Positions 24,029 to 36,545 of a stretch of 64,000 nucleotides of DNA are shown piece by piece. Within the stretch, counting starts at the first letter, position 1. Every line of letters starts with the position of its first letter. The DNA is taken from the NCBI RefSeq assembly GCF_006345805.1, contig NC_042998.1, forward strand, positions 141,484,001-141,548,000. Direction: 5' to 3'. The DNA is from Octopus sinensis. Its lineage: Eukaryota. Made by a program: the position numbers and the translations under genes. The notes beneath the pieces were generated by a model. It did not search any database. It saw only the letters and a list, made by a program, of their open reading frames with translations, and was not told the origin of the DNA.

Positions 24029-25503
24029 GTAGTGCTTTAATATATATGTATGTGTGTATGTATATATATATATACATACATAACTGGCACTCAGTCAGTT
24101 ATGATGACAAGGGTTCCGGTTGATCCCAACAATGGAATAGCCTGCTTGTGAAATTAATGTGCAAGTGGCTGAGCACTCCACAGACATAAGTGACCCTTAA
24201 CATAATTCTCAGGGAGATTCACTGTGACACAGAAAGTGACAAGGCTGGCTCTTTGAAATACAGGTACTAATCATTGTTGCCAGCTGAGTAGACTGGAACA
24301 ATATGAAAATATTTCGCTCATGGACACAATACACTGCTAGGAATTGAACTCCTGATTTTATGATCATGAGCTGAATAATCTAACCACTAAGCCATGAGCC
24401 TTTCACACACACACACCTTTTAACCTATTTCACTGCACTTTGCTTCAATGGCAACCAGACTGATTCTTTGAAAGTAGCAGCTGTGTAGTGAAAGGACAAA
24501 ATATCCAAGATGAGAATCAGTTATAAAAAGTAGAATGGTCATCACATGCAGTCAACACATTAAATGTTGTCCGAAGCTTTGCACTTCAATATGTTTCAAA
24601 GTCTCTATTTAGTCTAGATAAATGTAGATGACATTACATAATGTTGATTTGTAGCATCAGAAATATTGATTTCTAACATTAAATATTGTTGCCAACATTT
24701 TTCGCTCTTTTATTGTTATCATCTTTTTTTTTCTTCTTTGCAATGGTTATGAAAGTAGCTTACGTCTTTAAAGACTGACAAAGTCTAGTATCTCGTATCT
24801 TGTGAATAAATCATATCATACAGAAAGACTTAAAAGGAAGGGGAGAGAAACAACAAAAACAACCAAAAACTAGTACTGATGATAAGTCAAGATAAATTTA
24901 GTGTAAAATCTATTGACTCAATAAGCTGTTATGAAGAATCATGTTCGTCTATATATATATATAATCATGTCCAATTTTCCTTGCTTGCATGGTCCAGATG
25001 GAATTTGTTGATGCAGATTTTTTCAATGATTGGATGCCCTTTCTGTTACCAACCCTCATCTGTTTCCAAGTAAGGTAATATTTCACCATGACCAGACATG
25101 TTTTCCACAGAAAACTGGAAATGAACAACTCAACTCACAATGGTGATGGTCATTTACAACCACTATGTGATGTCTAGACAAGGGTACACACAAATATACC
25201 TACACCTATACATGCACATGCACATATATAGATAACAGAATGGGCTTCTTTAATTTTCTGTCAACCAAATCTACTCAGACAGCTTTAGTTGGCCCAGTGC
25301 TATAGCAGAAGACACATGCTGAAGATGCCAAGCAGTGGGAAAGTTGAAGGTACCGAGCAGTGGGACTAAATTTGAGATGTCATAAGTAAGAAATTATTAT
25401 CAATGAATAAATGTTTAGTGTATAAATAGCCTTGTGTATGTGTCTGTGTGTGTAAAAATACAGTCACTTCCACAGGGATTTCATTTCAACTAGCTCTGAA
25501 GTA

Positions 25504-25965
25504 CAAGGTGCATTCCAGAAATATTGAGACTTTTTCAGGAGAGGCAGTTATAACTGTCCTAGATTGTTGCAATTTTAGTATACCATTATTATAATCTAAT
25601 AAGCTGACCTACAAACTTTTGTCATTCCAGATTGAAGGAGATGGCTGTATAACAGCACTTTGAATGCATCCTACTAAATACTGCTTATCACAGCTGACTT
25701 GTTTGAAGAATGCAATTGGGATGTGAAGACAATTTGGAAGCTCATTATGCAATAAAGTTTTGTGTTTTTGAACTGGGAAAAACTGCTTTTGAAACTTATG
25801 AAATGCTCCAGACTACTTATGGATTAACGTGAATGAGCTGAGTATCTGTTTTTCACCAGGAAGTTCATGATTATCCTCTTCTAACAGAAAAGATATCATC
25901 TACTTCCATTGGGTTTTCTCTGGTCAGATGGTCAACAAAGAGTACTCTGTGGAGGTTTTGAGGGA
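25504..25965 (+). mobile_element. mariner transposon remnant, internally deleted
   Basis: TA|caaggtgcattcc terminus; 25737 onward reads EAHYAIKFCVFELGKTAFETYEMLQTTYG (mariner N-terminal HTH) fused to YFHWVFSGQMVNKEYSVEVLRE (catalytic-domain segment), with stops. Confidence 0.85.
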
Positions 25966-26329
25966 GTCCATTGCAAGTGGCCAGAAATTAATAAATATCT
26001 CTCATTAAAAAGACTCAAAACTTCTAGAATGCATCTTGTATATTGTATTTTTTAACACAAAACATCTATAAAGGGAATTTTCCTGGACGAAAAAAATGCA
26101 GCCTCTGGCCTTTAAACTACACATTTGTTAAGTATGTGGTATTGGAAAAGAATTTACTCTAGAACTGCTTCTATTGCATAATTCAAATACACACATTGTT
26201 TGACATCCAATGTTGGTGTGTTTACATCCCTGTCACTTAGCAGCTTAGCAAAGCAGACCAACAGAAAAAGTACTAGGCTTACAAAGAATAAGTTCTGGGG
26301 TAGATTTCTTCAACTTAAAATCCCTTTAA

Positions 26330-26549
26330 CCCTTTCATTACCAACCTGGCTGAAACCGGCTCTGGCTCTGAGTACAAATTTCTTGTTTTCATAAGTTTTG
26401 AATTAAAATCTTCCACCAAACCTTAGTCACAATTTATGTTCCTAACACCAGCTTAATGGTAACTAAGTTATTTTACAAAATTCTTTCTTATATTTAAAGT
26501 AATTGAAAGAAATACTGAGCATCTCAAAATAAATACAGTAATGAAAGGG
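26330..26549. mobile_element. piggyBac-type MITE, subfamily B, nested in a family-1 SINE tail
   Basis: Perfect 12-bp TIR CCCTTTCATTAC/GTAATGAAAGGG with TTAA at 26326-26329 and 26550-26553; the SINE sequence resumes (ggtagtgttccagtatgg) after it. Confidence 0.9.
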
Positions 26550-27190
26550 TTAAGGTAGTGTTCCAGTATGGATGCAGTCAAATGACTGAAACAAGTAAAA
26601 TATAAAATAATAAAAGAACTCACACACATATGCGCGTGTTTGCATTTGTGCTTTTCTGAAAATTGGTTAGCCATAGGAGGTGACTCTGTTGTCAATGGGT
26701 TGGCTGCTAGCTTTAAGCTTTGGAAGCCATATGAGATCAGACATCTTTTGAAAGAAAGGTAGGTTAAGTGTTAGCAATAGGAAGGACATCTGGTTGTAAA
26801 ACAAAGACATAAAAATGAACCAATGAACAAACCTATCTAGCAGTGCTAAACATAACAATGATGAGAATGATGCCAAACATTGCACATTCTAGATACATGC
26901 TAAGTAAAAGATGCATCTGCACTGCTGCTAGTTGCACTGAATAGTTTCTGGCTTGTGGTGGCTGCAACAGTTTACAACACAAGCTCATGTTAACATGACA
27001 GCACCTGTCATCATTGCAGAAATATGCAGCAATTCATCTTGAATTATTGATTGATGTGTTTCAGTATTTTGGCAGTTAGATAAAAATAGCATAGAGTCTA
27101 TCTAGAGAAGTAGCTGGTTGGGTCATTGCTATTATGTCTTGTACTATCAAGACAACAAGGGTAATGTAACCAATTTCTCTTGGGCATGCA

Positions 27191-27269
<79 letters not shown>

Positions 27270-28071
27270 ATGCTGAGTTATAATGAAAACAATTTAGTAT
27301 TAAACTGAAGGATTACAGAATACATTTTGTAGATTACATAGTTTATCATATTTTTACAACTTTTACAAGAGGGATGAAAGTGATTACAGGTTTTGGGCTA
27401 CTGGTCTTTTTTGAACTATATATATTGTCATCATTGTCATCATTTAACGTCCATTTCCCATGATAGTAGGGGTTGATAGAAGCTGGTCAGCTGAAGAGCT
27501 GCTTGGACTCAATGTCTGTTTTATCATGGTTTCTATGGCTGGGTTGGATACCCTTCCTAATGTCAAGCACTTTACAGAGTGTAACTGGGTGCTTTTACAT
27601 GGCACAGGCACAGATACTTTTTACATGGTACCAGCATCCATGAGCCTGCAAGGACAACCATGATTTAACTTACCTTTATGTGTATATATGTAGTGAAAAG
27701 GTTTGAGAAAAAATTCCACATGCTGAATTGTAGCAAAAATTATAAGCTGGAAAATGCATATATATATATATATATACACACACCTGGCATAGAATTTCTG
27801 AGTACTTTCCTTCTTTTTATATTTTTTTACTATGTATGTATGTATGTATGTGTGTGTCTTTGTGTTTATCCCATCACCACTTGACAACTGATGTTGGTTT
27901 GTTTACATCCTGGTGAGTTAGGAATTCAGTGAAAAAGACTGACAGAATAGTACTAGACTTGAAAGAAAAACATGAGAACTTGGGTAGATTTGTTCAATTA
28001 AACTCTTCAAGGCAGTGCCCCCAGCATGGCTGCGGTCCAATGAATGAAACAAGTAAAAGAAAAAAAAAACA

Positions 28072-28104
<33 letters not shown>

Positions 28105-28108
<4 letters not shown>

Positions 28109-28183
28109 GGTAAGGTCAGCTTTATGTGTAGTGTATGTTGAGCTGAATCACAGCAGGCAGCTGAGATGATGTTGTTATACTCA

Positions 28184-28223
<40 letters not shown>

Positions 28224-28738
28224 TGCAAATGAATTGTGATTAAAATAGTGTAGAAAACATCGACTTAATCAATGGTTAACCTTTCCAGGTTGAGAACAGC
28301 TGGCAACATCCCAAAACTTTGTCTTTGGCAGAATTACTTCAAAACGGCTAAGTTCAAAATCTTGGTTGGTTGGTTGGTGTGTGTGTGTCTATGCATGTGT
28401 GCTCATGTATATGCACACACACACATATATATGTGTGATATTTCACTTACTTCAAATTCAGTTGTGTACAATAGATTTACAATTATAATGAAGCTACAGT
28501 TGTTAAATTCATTTCTAGCATCAGTGTTCTTGAAAGGGTTATTAGAATGTCATATATACTCATATATATATATATACACACACACACATAGATATAAATA
28601 TAGATGTATCTGGGTGTGTGTGTATGTGTATATATATATAATATATATATATATATATACCTTGGTAAGGTCAGCTTTATGTGTAGTGTATGTTGAGCTG
28701 AATCACAGCAGGCAGCTGAGATGATGTTGTTATACTCA

Positions 28739-28778
<40 letters not shown>

Positions 28779-29174
28779 TGCAAATGAATTGTGATTAAAA
28801 TAGTGTAGAAAACATCGACTTAATCAATGGTTAACCTTTCCAGGTTGAGAACAGCTGGCAACATCCAAAACTTTGTCTTTGGCAGAATTACTTCAAAACG
28901 GCTAAGTTCAAAATCTTGGTTGGTTGGTTGGTGTGTGTGTCTATGCATGTGTGCTCATGTATATGCACACACACACATATATATGTGTGATATTTCACTT
29001 ACTTCAAATTCAGTTGTGTACAATAGATTTACAATTATAATGAAGCTACAGTTGTTAAATTCATTTCTAGCATCAGTGTTCTTGAAAGGGTTATTAGAAT
29101 GTCATATATACTCATATATATATATATACACACACACACATAGATATAAATATAGATGTATCTGGGTGTGTGTG

Positions 29175-29213
<39 letters not shown>
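28105..29213. repeat. Tandem duplication, 555-bp period (units start 28105 and 28660), bounded by (TA)n
   Basis: The units match except a 1-bp C indel and one TG unit; duplicated ORFs at 28272 and 28827 are offset by 555. Confidence 0.95.
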
Positions 29214-29216
<3 letters not shown>

Positions 29217-29796
29217 TAGCTATTATAAATACTATCAGCTCAGCTGCTATGGATTTGTAAATGTTAATAACTCACCGACAGCAGGCTTTACATTCAGAAC
29301 AGTTGTAAATAGATGTCACTATAGATTGGATACAGAGACTCTGAATTTTAATATGTCTGCAGCCTGTGATTGGTATCAAACACAGAGTTTCTCTCTCATG
29401 GGGGGAGGCGTTTACAAAATTATATATATATATAAAAGTGAAAGAATAAAAGTACTACAACAAATCATAATAATAAAAGCAAATTAAGTATAACCGGTAA
29501 TGAAATATGATGTATGACAGGAGTGGATGATATGTGGATTGGCAGGCATCTACTGGGATTTCCTATAAACTGTGTAATGAATTTAGTAATAATAGTTTGA
29601 TAACATATTTAATGAAAGTAATGAGTATACAGATTGTGTAGTAGTTAATCACAAGGCACAGGAGTAGTTAACTACAATGGATACTAAAGACTAGTTACTG
29701 TGAATTCCATAGACTGACAAGACAGAGTACTTGATATATTGTTGACAGAAGGAGAAACCATTAGTTATCTTCTCTTTGTGATCTAGTTTACAAAAC

Positions 29797-30142
29797 TGGC
29801 TGTGTGGTAAGAAGCTTGCTTGCCAACCACATGATTCTGGGTTCAGTCCCATAGTGTGGCACCTTGGGCAAGTGTCTTCTACTATAGCCTCAGGCCAACC
29901 AAAGCCTTGTGAGTGGATTTAACAGGTGGAAACTGAAAGAAGCCCATCATGTGTGTGTGTGTTTGTCCCCCCAACCACTTGACAACCAGTGTTGGTGTGT
30001 TTATATCCCTGTATCTTAGCAGTTTGGCAAAAAGACCAATATAATAAGTGCCAGGCATAAAAAAAGTCCTGGGGTTTATTTGTTTGACTAAAACCTTTCA
30101 AGGCTGCAGTCAAATGACTTGAAACAAGTAAAAGATAAAAGA
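29797..30142 (+). mobile_element. tRNA-derived SINE, family 1, near-complete
   Basis: tggctgtgtggtaagaag / gggttcagtccc / ccttgggcaagtgtc / (TG)n / gacttgaaacaagtaaaagataaaag. Confidence 0.85.
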
Positions 30143-31154
30143 TATCAAATCTTTTTACATTCCTCTGCTCTTTCTTTCATTTTGTTCCATGCATTTTCTT
30201 TCCTTTATCTCTCTCCTTTAATGTCTTTTCTTTCACTGTTACTCCACCAGACTTTTACCACCTCTTACATCACCTCAGCAGATTCTCTCTCTCTCTCTCT
30301 CTCCCTCCTATTCACTCTATTTTCCATTTTTCTCTGCTTCCCTTATTTGTTTTCTCATATTTTTTTTGTCTTGTTTTGTTTTGTATACGTTCTGTCACTT
30401 GCATTTTTGAAATCATTTGCACCTTTCTTTTACCTTGAAAATACAATTTCTCTTTAATGTGTAATTGCATTTTTCGTTTTAGTGTGTAGAGAAATGCTCA
30501 TAAAAATGGAAGACTACATTTAAACAGGACTATAATTCGAGCTCACATCATTAAAATTCGAATTTCTGAGTAAATTAATTACAGCTAGTTGATATGTCAT
30601 TTTTCTACAAGTGACACATCATATCAGCACCAATGAAATTAAAATGTAGTTTTCCCTTTTATGGGTGATTTGCTACAAATGATGTTTTCATCATTAGCAT
30701 CACAGAAAAGCTGTGCCATACTTATATCTTCTACGAAAAACAAGCACGTTTTGAAGGCAGCAGAAACAGAAGAGTAGTGACTATGAAGATTGCAAGCTAA
30801 TGCTTCTAGGACTGCAGAAGACTCAAGACTAATAATGAACATGAGGCTTGTCATGAAGAGAATACTATCAGACAGGCTGTCCACTCACTTTAAAAATAGT
30901 GTGAGACAGGGTTTACGTGGTGAACACCATGAAAGCCAACAACTGCATGAGATCAAGCAGAAAGTATTATTCTAGAATGATTTTGAATTTGTGCATGGAT
31001 TCTGGAATGAGTTCACTGGAAAATCGAAAAATGGTGACCTTATTTTAAGACAAACATCAACAATTACACACACACACACACACACACGTGTGAGTATGTA
31101 AGCTAAAAGGCTAAAAGAAGGATAATGAAGTGGAAAGTGAGAGAAAGTGGGGAG

Positions 31155-31188
<34 letters not shown>

Positions 31189-31924
31189 AAAGAGAGAGAG
31201 AGGGAGAGAGAAAGAGAGAGAGAGAGAAACAGAAACAACATATGATACCAAAAGGAGAGTTAGATAATGAAGGATGGAAGTGAGAGGTGTTTAGGTCAAG
31301 TTGAAAAGGGGAAATTTCACAAGAAACAATAACAGACATGAAAAACACCCACCTAGAATATCATCCATTTACCAACCCACAGAAGGAAAAATGGTGTCCC
31401 TGTTGCCCAAACTTAATAGAAATACTGAACTGATAGCAAAATTAAACATGGCAGATTTGAATCAATATTTCATTGTATTTACCCTTGTCTGTCTACTTGC
31501 CTGGTTGTCTGAACCTCTCCAGATCTACTCACAACCAATTGCCCATTCTATCACCACCGCCACCACCACCACCACCACCACCACATTTCAACCATCCATC
31601 CCACTAACACCCCCACCAACCCTTTTCTTTCACTGGTGCTGCTGACACTGCAGTGGTTTTCTCAAAGAATTCCATCCACTGGATTCTTTCTGGTACACAT
31701 TCTTCACATTTTCATATTGTATTTCTTGGCATTTATCCCACTGCAACCCTCTCCCACCCACCCAACAACACTCACTACTACTTCTCTTACCACCACTGCC
31801 ACCACCATTGCCATCACCACCGCCATCACTACAGTACTCACTCCTGTCACTGCTATCATCACTATCACCAGAATAATAGGTTTTGGCAAGTAGTGCAGAA
31901 ATCTAATTATCTAATAATAATAAT

Positions 31925-32119
31925 GGTTTCAAATCTTGGCACAAGGCCAGCAATTTTAGAGGAGGGGCAACTTGATTACATCAACCCCAGTGCTCAACAG
32001 AACATATTGATCCTGAAAGGATGAAAGACAAAGTTGACCTTAGCTAAATTTGAACTCAGAACATAAAGAGCCAACTGCTAAGCATTTTGTCTGATGCACT
32101 AACAATTCTGCCAGCTTGC

Positions 32120-32153
<34 letters not shown>

Positions 32154-32430
32154 GGTTTCAAATTTTGGCACAAGGCCAGCAATTTCGCAGAGTGAGTAAG
32201 TTGATTACATCGACCCCCAATAATAATAATTCTTTATAATCTTGGCACAAAGCCAACAGTTTTGAGTAAGGTGACACATTGATTACATCAACTCCAGACT
32301 CGTACTTTACTGACCTCAAAAGATGAAAGGCAAAGTTAACTTTGGCTAAATTTGAACTTGGAACATATAAAGCCAGAAGCAATGTTGCTAAGCATTTTGT
32401 CTGATGTGCTAATAATTCTGTGAGCTCACT
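31925..32430 (-). mobile_element. Array of family-2 SINE copies separated by (AAT)n
   Basis: Three consecutive minus-strand copies or fragments, each beginning after aataataat (31925-32120, 32155-32220, 32240-32430). Confidence 0.75.
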
Positions 32431-32732
32431 TGTTTCAGATTTAGACAGAGGAGAAAGAAAACTGATACTGTCAATCTCAGTACTTGGCTGGTTTTGAATA
32501 TAGAATGTAAAGAGCTGGGACAAATATTGCATAGCATTGCTTGAATAGTATTGACTATGATGAGGAGGAGGAGGAAGAGGAGAAGATGGATTGTACATAT
32601 TTTATTGCCTAACTTCTGTCTGCATGAATGTAAAATAAAGTCAATCCTGATTTCACTCAGTAAGAGAAAAGGGACATTACATTGTTCAACTGCAGCAGTG
32701 CTAAGCATCTTGAAGAATATTAATTGTCATTG

Positions 32733-32955
32733 AAGGTGGTGAGCTGGCAGAAACGTTAGCATGCCGGGTGAAATGCTTAGCAGTATTTCGTCTGTCTTTA
32801 TATTCTGAGTTCAAATTCCACCGAGGTTGACTTTGCCTTTCATCCTTTTGGGGTTGATAAATTAAGTACCAGTTGCGTGTTGGGGTCAATCTAATCGACT
32901 GGGCCCCCTTCCCAAAAATTTCGGGCCTTGTGTCTAGAGTAGAAAAGAATATTGT
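32733..32955 (+). mobile_element. tRNA-derived SINE, family 2, full length
   Basis: ggtggtgagctggcagaaacgttagc, gagttcaaattcc B box, 3' gggccttgtgtctagagtagaaaagaatatt. Confidence 0.85.
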
Positions 32956-33883
32956 CATTGGAAGGTGTGTAGTAAAGACTGTTTGTACAGTTAAGACTGG
33001 ATCACACTGTATGACTTGTAGATGGATGGCTGCTAGGTTTGTAGCAACTGTTGGATATTGTTGAATAACTGCTGAATGGAGAACAACTCTGGTGTAACAG
33101 ATAAGAGAAGTCTCACTCGCTTTTATTAGAAATTCCAATAAAGTTTCAGTGCAAGTTATGAAACAGTTATCAAATAATGGTTTAAAATTGACTAATAGGG
33201 AGCTCCATTGACAACAGCTGTATATGTAAGTTCAGTCTTCTTGCAATAGAACCAGTGAGCTTCATCAAGCTCTCTTTCTGCCTTCCAGGAGGCTGGAAAG
33301 CAGAGAAAGTCCGATGAAATGAACTGATGATACATATTTACTAAACAGGGTGGAATTGGTAGATTTGTAAGTGGGAGTCAAAGACAGTTGTAAATGAATG
33401 ATGAAAGAAAGTTTATTGAGATAAAGGTGGAGTACAGATAATCTATGGAGACAGAGAGAGAAAGAAAGAGAAAGAGAGAGAAAAAGACAGGTGTGAGAGT
33501 ATGTGAACAAGAGAAAAAGTGTGTCGGGAGGGAGAGAAGAGAGAGAGAAAGAGTGTGACACACACACACACTGATTGTTTTGTAATTTATTCTGGAGGAA
33601 AGTGATTTTGAATCTCTACTGTTGACATTTTTATTATCATTGCCCATGCATAACGCATAGCAATAGAATAACAACACTTAAAAGAATCAGCTATGTCATG
33701 GAGATTATACGTAACTCCATTATGAGCATGTAATTGTATTTAGTTATGTTGTGAAAGCTTTATCACTCTCCAACAAAATTATTTACAGATCTATCATGGG
33801 ATTCTTCAAGACTGCCATGAACTGATGAAGAAACCTTTATTTAGTCTCAAGAAACAATAGTCAAATTTCCCATAACCCTTCAG

Positions 33884-34099
33884 CATTCAAACCAGCCATA
33901 TCCAGTCAAAATATTCTGCCCCTTTTATGTTCAAACTGGCCAGATCCAACATTTCACACCTACCCTATGATGTCATAGTAAAACTAAACAATTACATCAT
34001 TGAAATCTCAAAGCTATGGGATAATGTATGATCAATTCAAGACAATGTAAAAAAATAAGCATTAGATTTGACAGAGTAATCTGAATACTAAAGAGTTAA
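33884..34099. mobile_element. piggyBac-type MITE, subfamily A, degenerate ends
   Basis: taacccttcagcattcaaacc...gtaatctgaatactaaagagttaa; body matches 1618-1837. Confidence 0.75.
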
Positions 34100-35163
34100 A
34101 CAACAGTCTAAAGAAAGGAAGGTTACATTGGATAACACAATCTTAAATTAACTGTCAGGAAAAACTGAAGATAAGACTTAGGTTTACATACATATAATAA
34201 TCTTGCAAGCAGCTAAACAACCTCACTCGTGCCAGTGGTCAGAGTTAGAAAGGGCACCCATCCGTAAAGTGGTTAGTGGTTAGAAACCATACTATAGTAG
34301 ACACTGGTACACTATGCAGTCATTAGACCCATCAGACCTTGTTAACATTTTGTTACCCTATTTCTGTTGAAATGCTCTGTGTTTCTTTCAATTCATTTTA
34401 AATATAACAAAGAATTTAGTAAAATAACTTAGTTATCATTAAGCAAGTGTTAAGAACATAAATTATGACTAAGGTTTGGTGGAAGATTTTAATTCAGAAC
34501 TTTTGAAAACAAGACATTGGAGGCAGTTTCAGCTAGGTTGAAATCAAAAGGGTTAAACTGCTCAACTCTTGTCAGCATGGAACACAGACATTAAATGATG
34601 ATGATAAGTTACACTGCATGCTGTATCAAGGAAGTTGTTTGTCATTGTTTTAACATCCACTTTTCTATGCTTCATGGGTAGGACAGAATCTGTTGAGGCA
34701 GATTTTCATGGAAAGCTGAAAATAAATGATACTGCTAGTGTGATAGTAACACTCATTTACAGCCATCTCATGGTGCCATGGCAAGATGAAATACAAACAC
34801 ATGTGTCTGCCTGTCTATCTATCTATCTATCTACATATGTATGCATGTACGACGGCAACGCGAAACTCAGAGTAACAGGTTTTGTAGAATTTTCTGCTGC
34901 TTTAAATAAAGCATATTACTCTACCACTGGTATTTGAGTACTCTTTTTTTCCACCTTGTTTCACATTTATGTGTTTACTCCGGTATATATATATATATAT
35001 ACATAGGTAGGTGTGGCTGTGTGGTAAGAAGCTTGCTACCCAACCACATGGTTCTGGGTCCAGTTCCACTATGTGGCACCTTGGGCAAGTGTCTCCTACT
35101 ATAGCCTTAGGCCAACCAAAGCCTTGTGAGTGGATCTGATAGACAGAAACTGAAAGAAGCCTG

Positions 35164-35220
<57 letters not shown>

Positions 35221-35223
<3 letters not shown>

Positions 35224-35595
35224 TCATCGTCGTTTAGCGTCCATTTTCCATGCTAGCATGGGTTGGACGGTTCTACTGGGGTCTGTGAAGTCAGAAGGCT
35301 TCATCAGGCCCAGTCAAATCTGGCAGTGTTTCTACGGCTGGATGCCCTTCCTAACACCAACCACTCCGTGAGTGTAGTGGGAGCTTTTTACGTGCCACCC
35401 GCACAGGTGCCAGACAGAGCTGGCAAACGGCCACGAACGGATGGTGCTTTTTATGTGCCACCGGCACAAGGGCCAGGCGAGGCTGGCAACGGACACGAAA
35501 CGGGGCGGTGCTGGCAACGGTCGCGAAACGGAAGGTTCTCTTACATGCCACCGGCACTGGTAACACATCTGCAATTTCCATTGATCGATTTCCAT

Positions 35596-35635
<40 letters not shown>

Positions 35636-36012
35636 TCATCGTTGTTTAGCGTCCATTTTCCATGCTAGCATGGGTTGGACGGTTCTACTGGGGTCTGTGA
35701 AGTCAGAAGGCTTCATCAGGCTCAGTCAAATCTGGCAGTGTTTCTACGGCTGGATGCCCTTCCTAACGCCAACCACTCCGTGAGTGTAGTGGGTGCTTTT
35801 TACGTGCCACCCGCACAGGTGCCAGACAGAGCTGGCAAACGGCCACGAACGGATGGTGCTTTTTATGTGCCACCGGCACAAGGGCCAGGCGAGGCTGGCA
35901 ACGGACACGAAACGGGGCGGTGCTGGCAACGGTCGCGAAACGGAAGGTTCTCTTACATGCCACTGGCACTGGTAACACATCTGCAATTTCCATTGATCGA
36001 TTTCCATTCTGA
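35221..36012 (-). mobile_element. Two tandem young family-3 SINE-like copies (412-bp period), each bounded by (TA)n
   Basis: Units 35221-35600 and 35633-36012 differ by 5 substitutions; GC- and CpG-rich relative to the window; internal ~60-bp subrepeats (gtgcttttt.a.gtgccacc.gcac). Confidence 0.9.
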
Positions 36013-36034
36013 TATATATATATATATATATATA

Positions 36035-36545
36035 CTACTTATAAATAAGGGCAAACAAAAAAACTTCTAATGCCAAATATGCAAAAAAATTGGACATATT
36101 GTCCATTACCATATAATTTTTCACAGAACGCACACTACTCGAAAAAAAAACCGACAGAAATTTCTAAAAAATTCCATTATTACCATATCGGATCGATTTC
36201 AGGATTAGTTCGTAAGAACCCTCCCTTTGTCAGTGATAATGTGGTAAAGAAATAAATTGGGGTATTTAATTGTGCTCATGACTTAGTGTTTTGCTTCTTC
36301 CATGGGTATGAGTAAGTATCTCATTTATTACTTTACCACATTTATCACTGACAAAGGGAGGGTTCTTACGAACCAACCCTGAAATCGGTCCGATATGGTA
36401 ATAATGGAATTTTTTTAGAAGTTTCTGTCGGTTTTTTTCGAGTAGCATGCGTTCTGTGAAAAATTATAAGGTAATGAACAATATGTCCAATTTTTCGGCA
36501 TATTTGGCATTAGAAATTTTTTCGTTTGCCCTTATTTATAAGTAG
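36035..36545. mobile_element. Foldback / long-TIR non-autonomous DNA element
   Basis: Arms 36035-36257 and 36323-36545 (~223 bp each, ~92% identical) with termini CTACTTATAAATAAGGGCAAAC / GTTTGCCCTTATTTATAAGTAG and a 65-bp spacer. Confidence 0.9.

Noticed and set aside
30639-30975. Balanced-composition island with ORFs on both strands
   Set aside because: No recognisable domain or consistent splice pair; cannot be distinguished from decayed transposon or non-coding sequence.
31301-32024. Signal-peptide-like stretch (MADLNQYFIVFTLVCLLAWLS) followed by Thr-rich sequence
   Set aside because: The Thr-rich part is an (ACC)n-type repeat spread over different frames, and the ORFs run into SINE sequence; no support for a real secreted protein.
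32733-32830. tRNA-like A/B boxes
   Set aside because: Heads of tRNA-derived SINEs; no complete cloverleaf, and they continue into SINE body sequence, so not called as tRNA genes.
35263-36070. GC-rich 128-131 aa ORFs
   Set aside because: They lie entirely within the duplicated family-3 SINE-like units and run into (TA)n.
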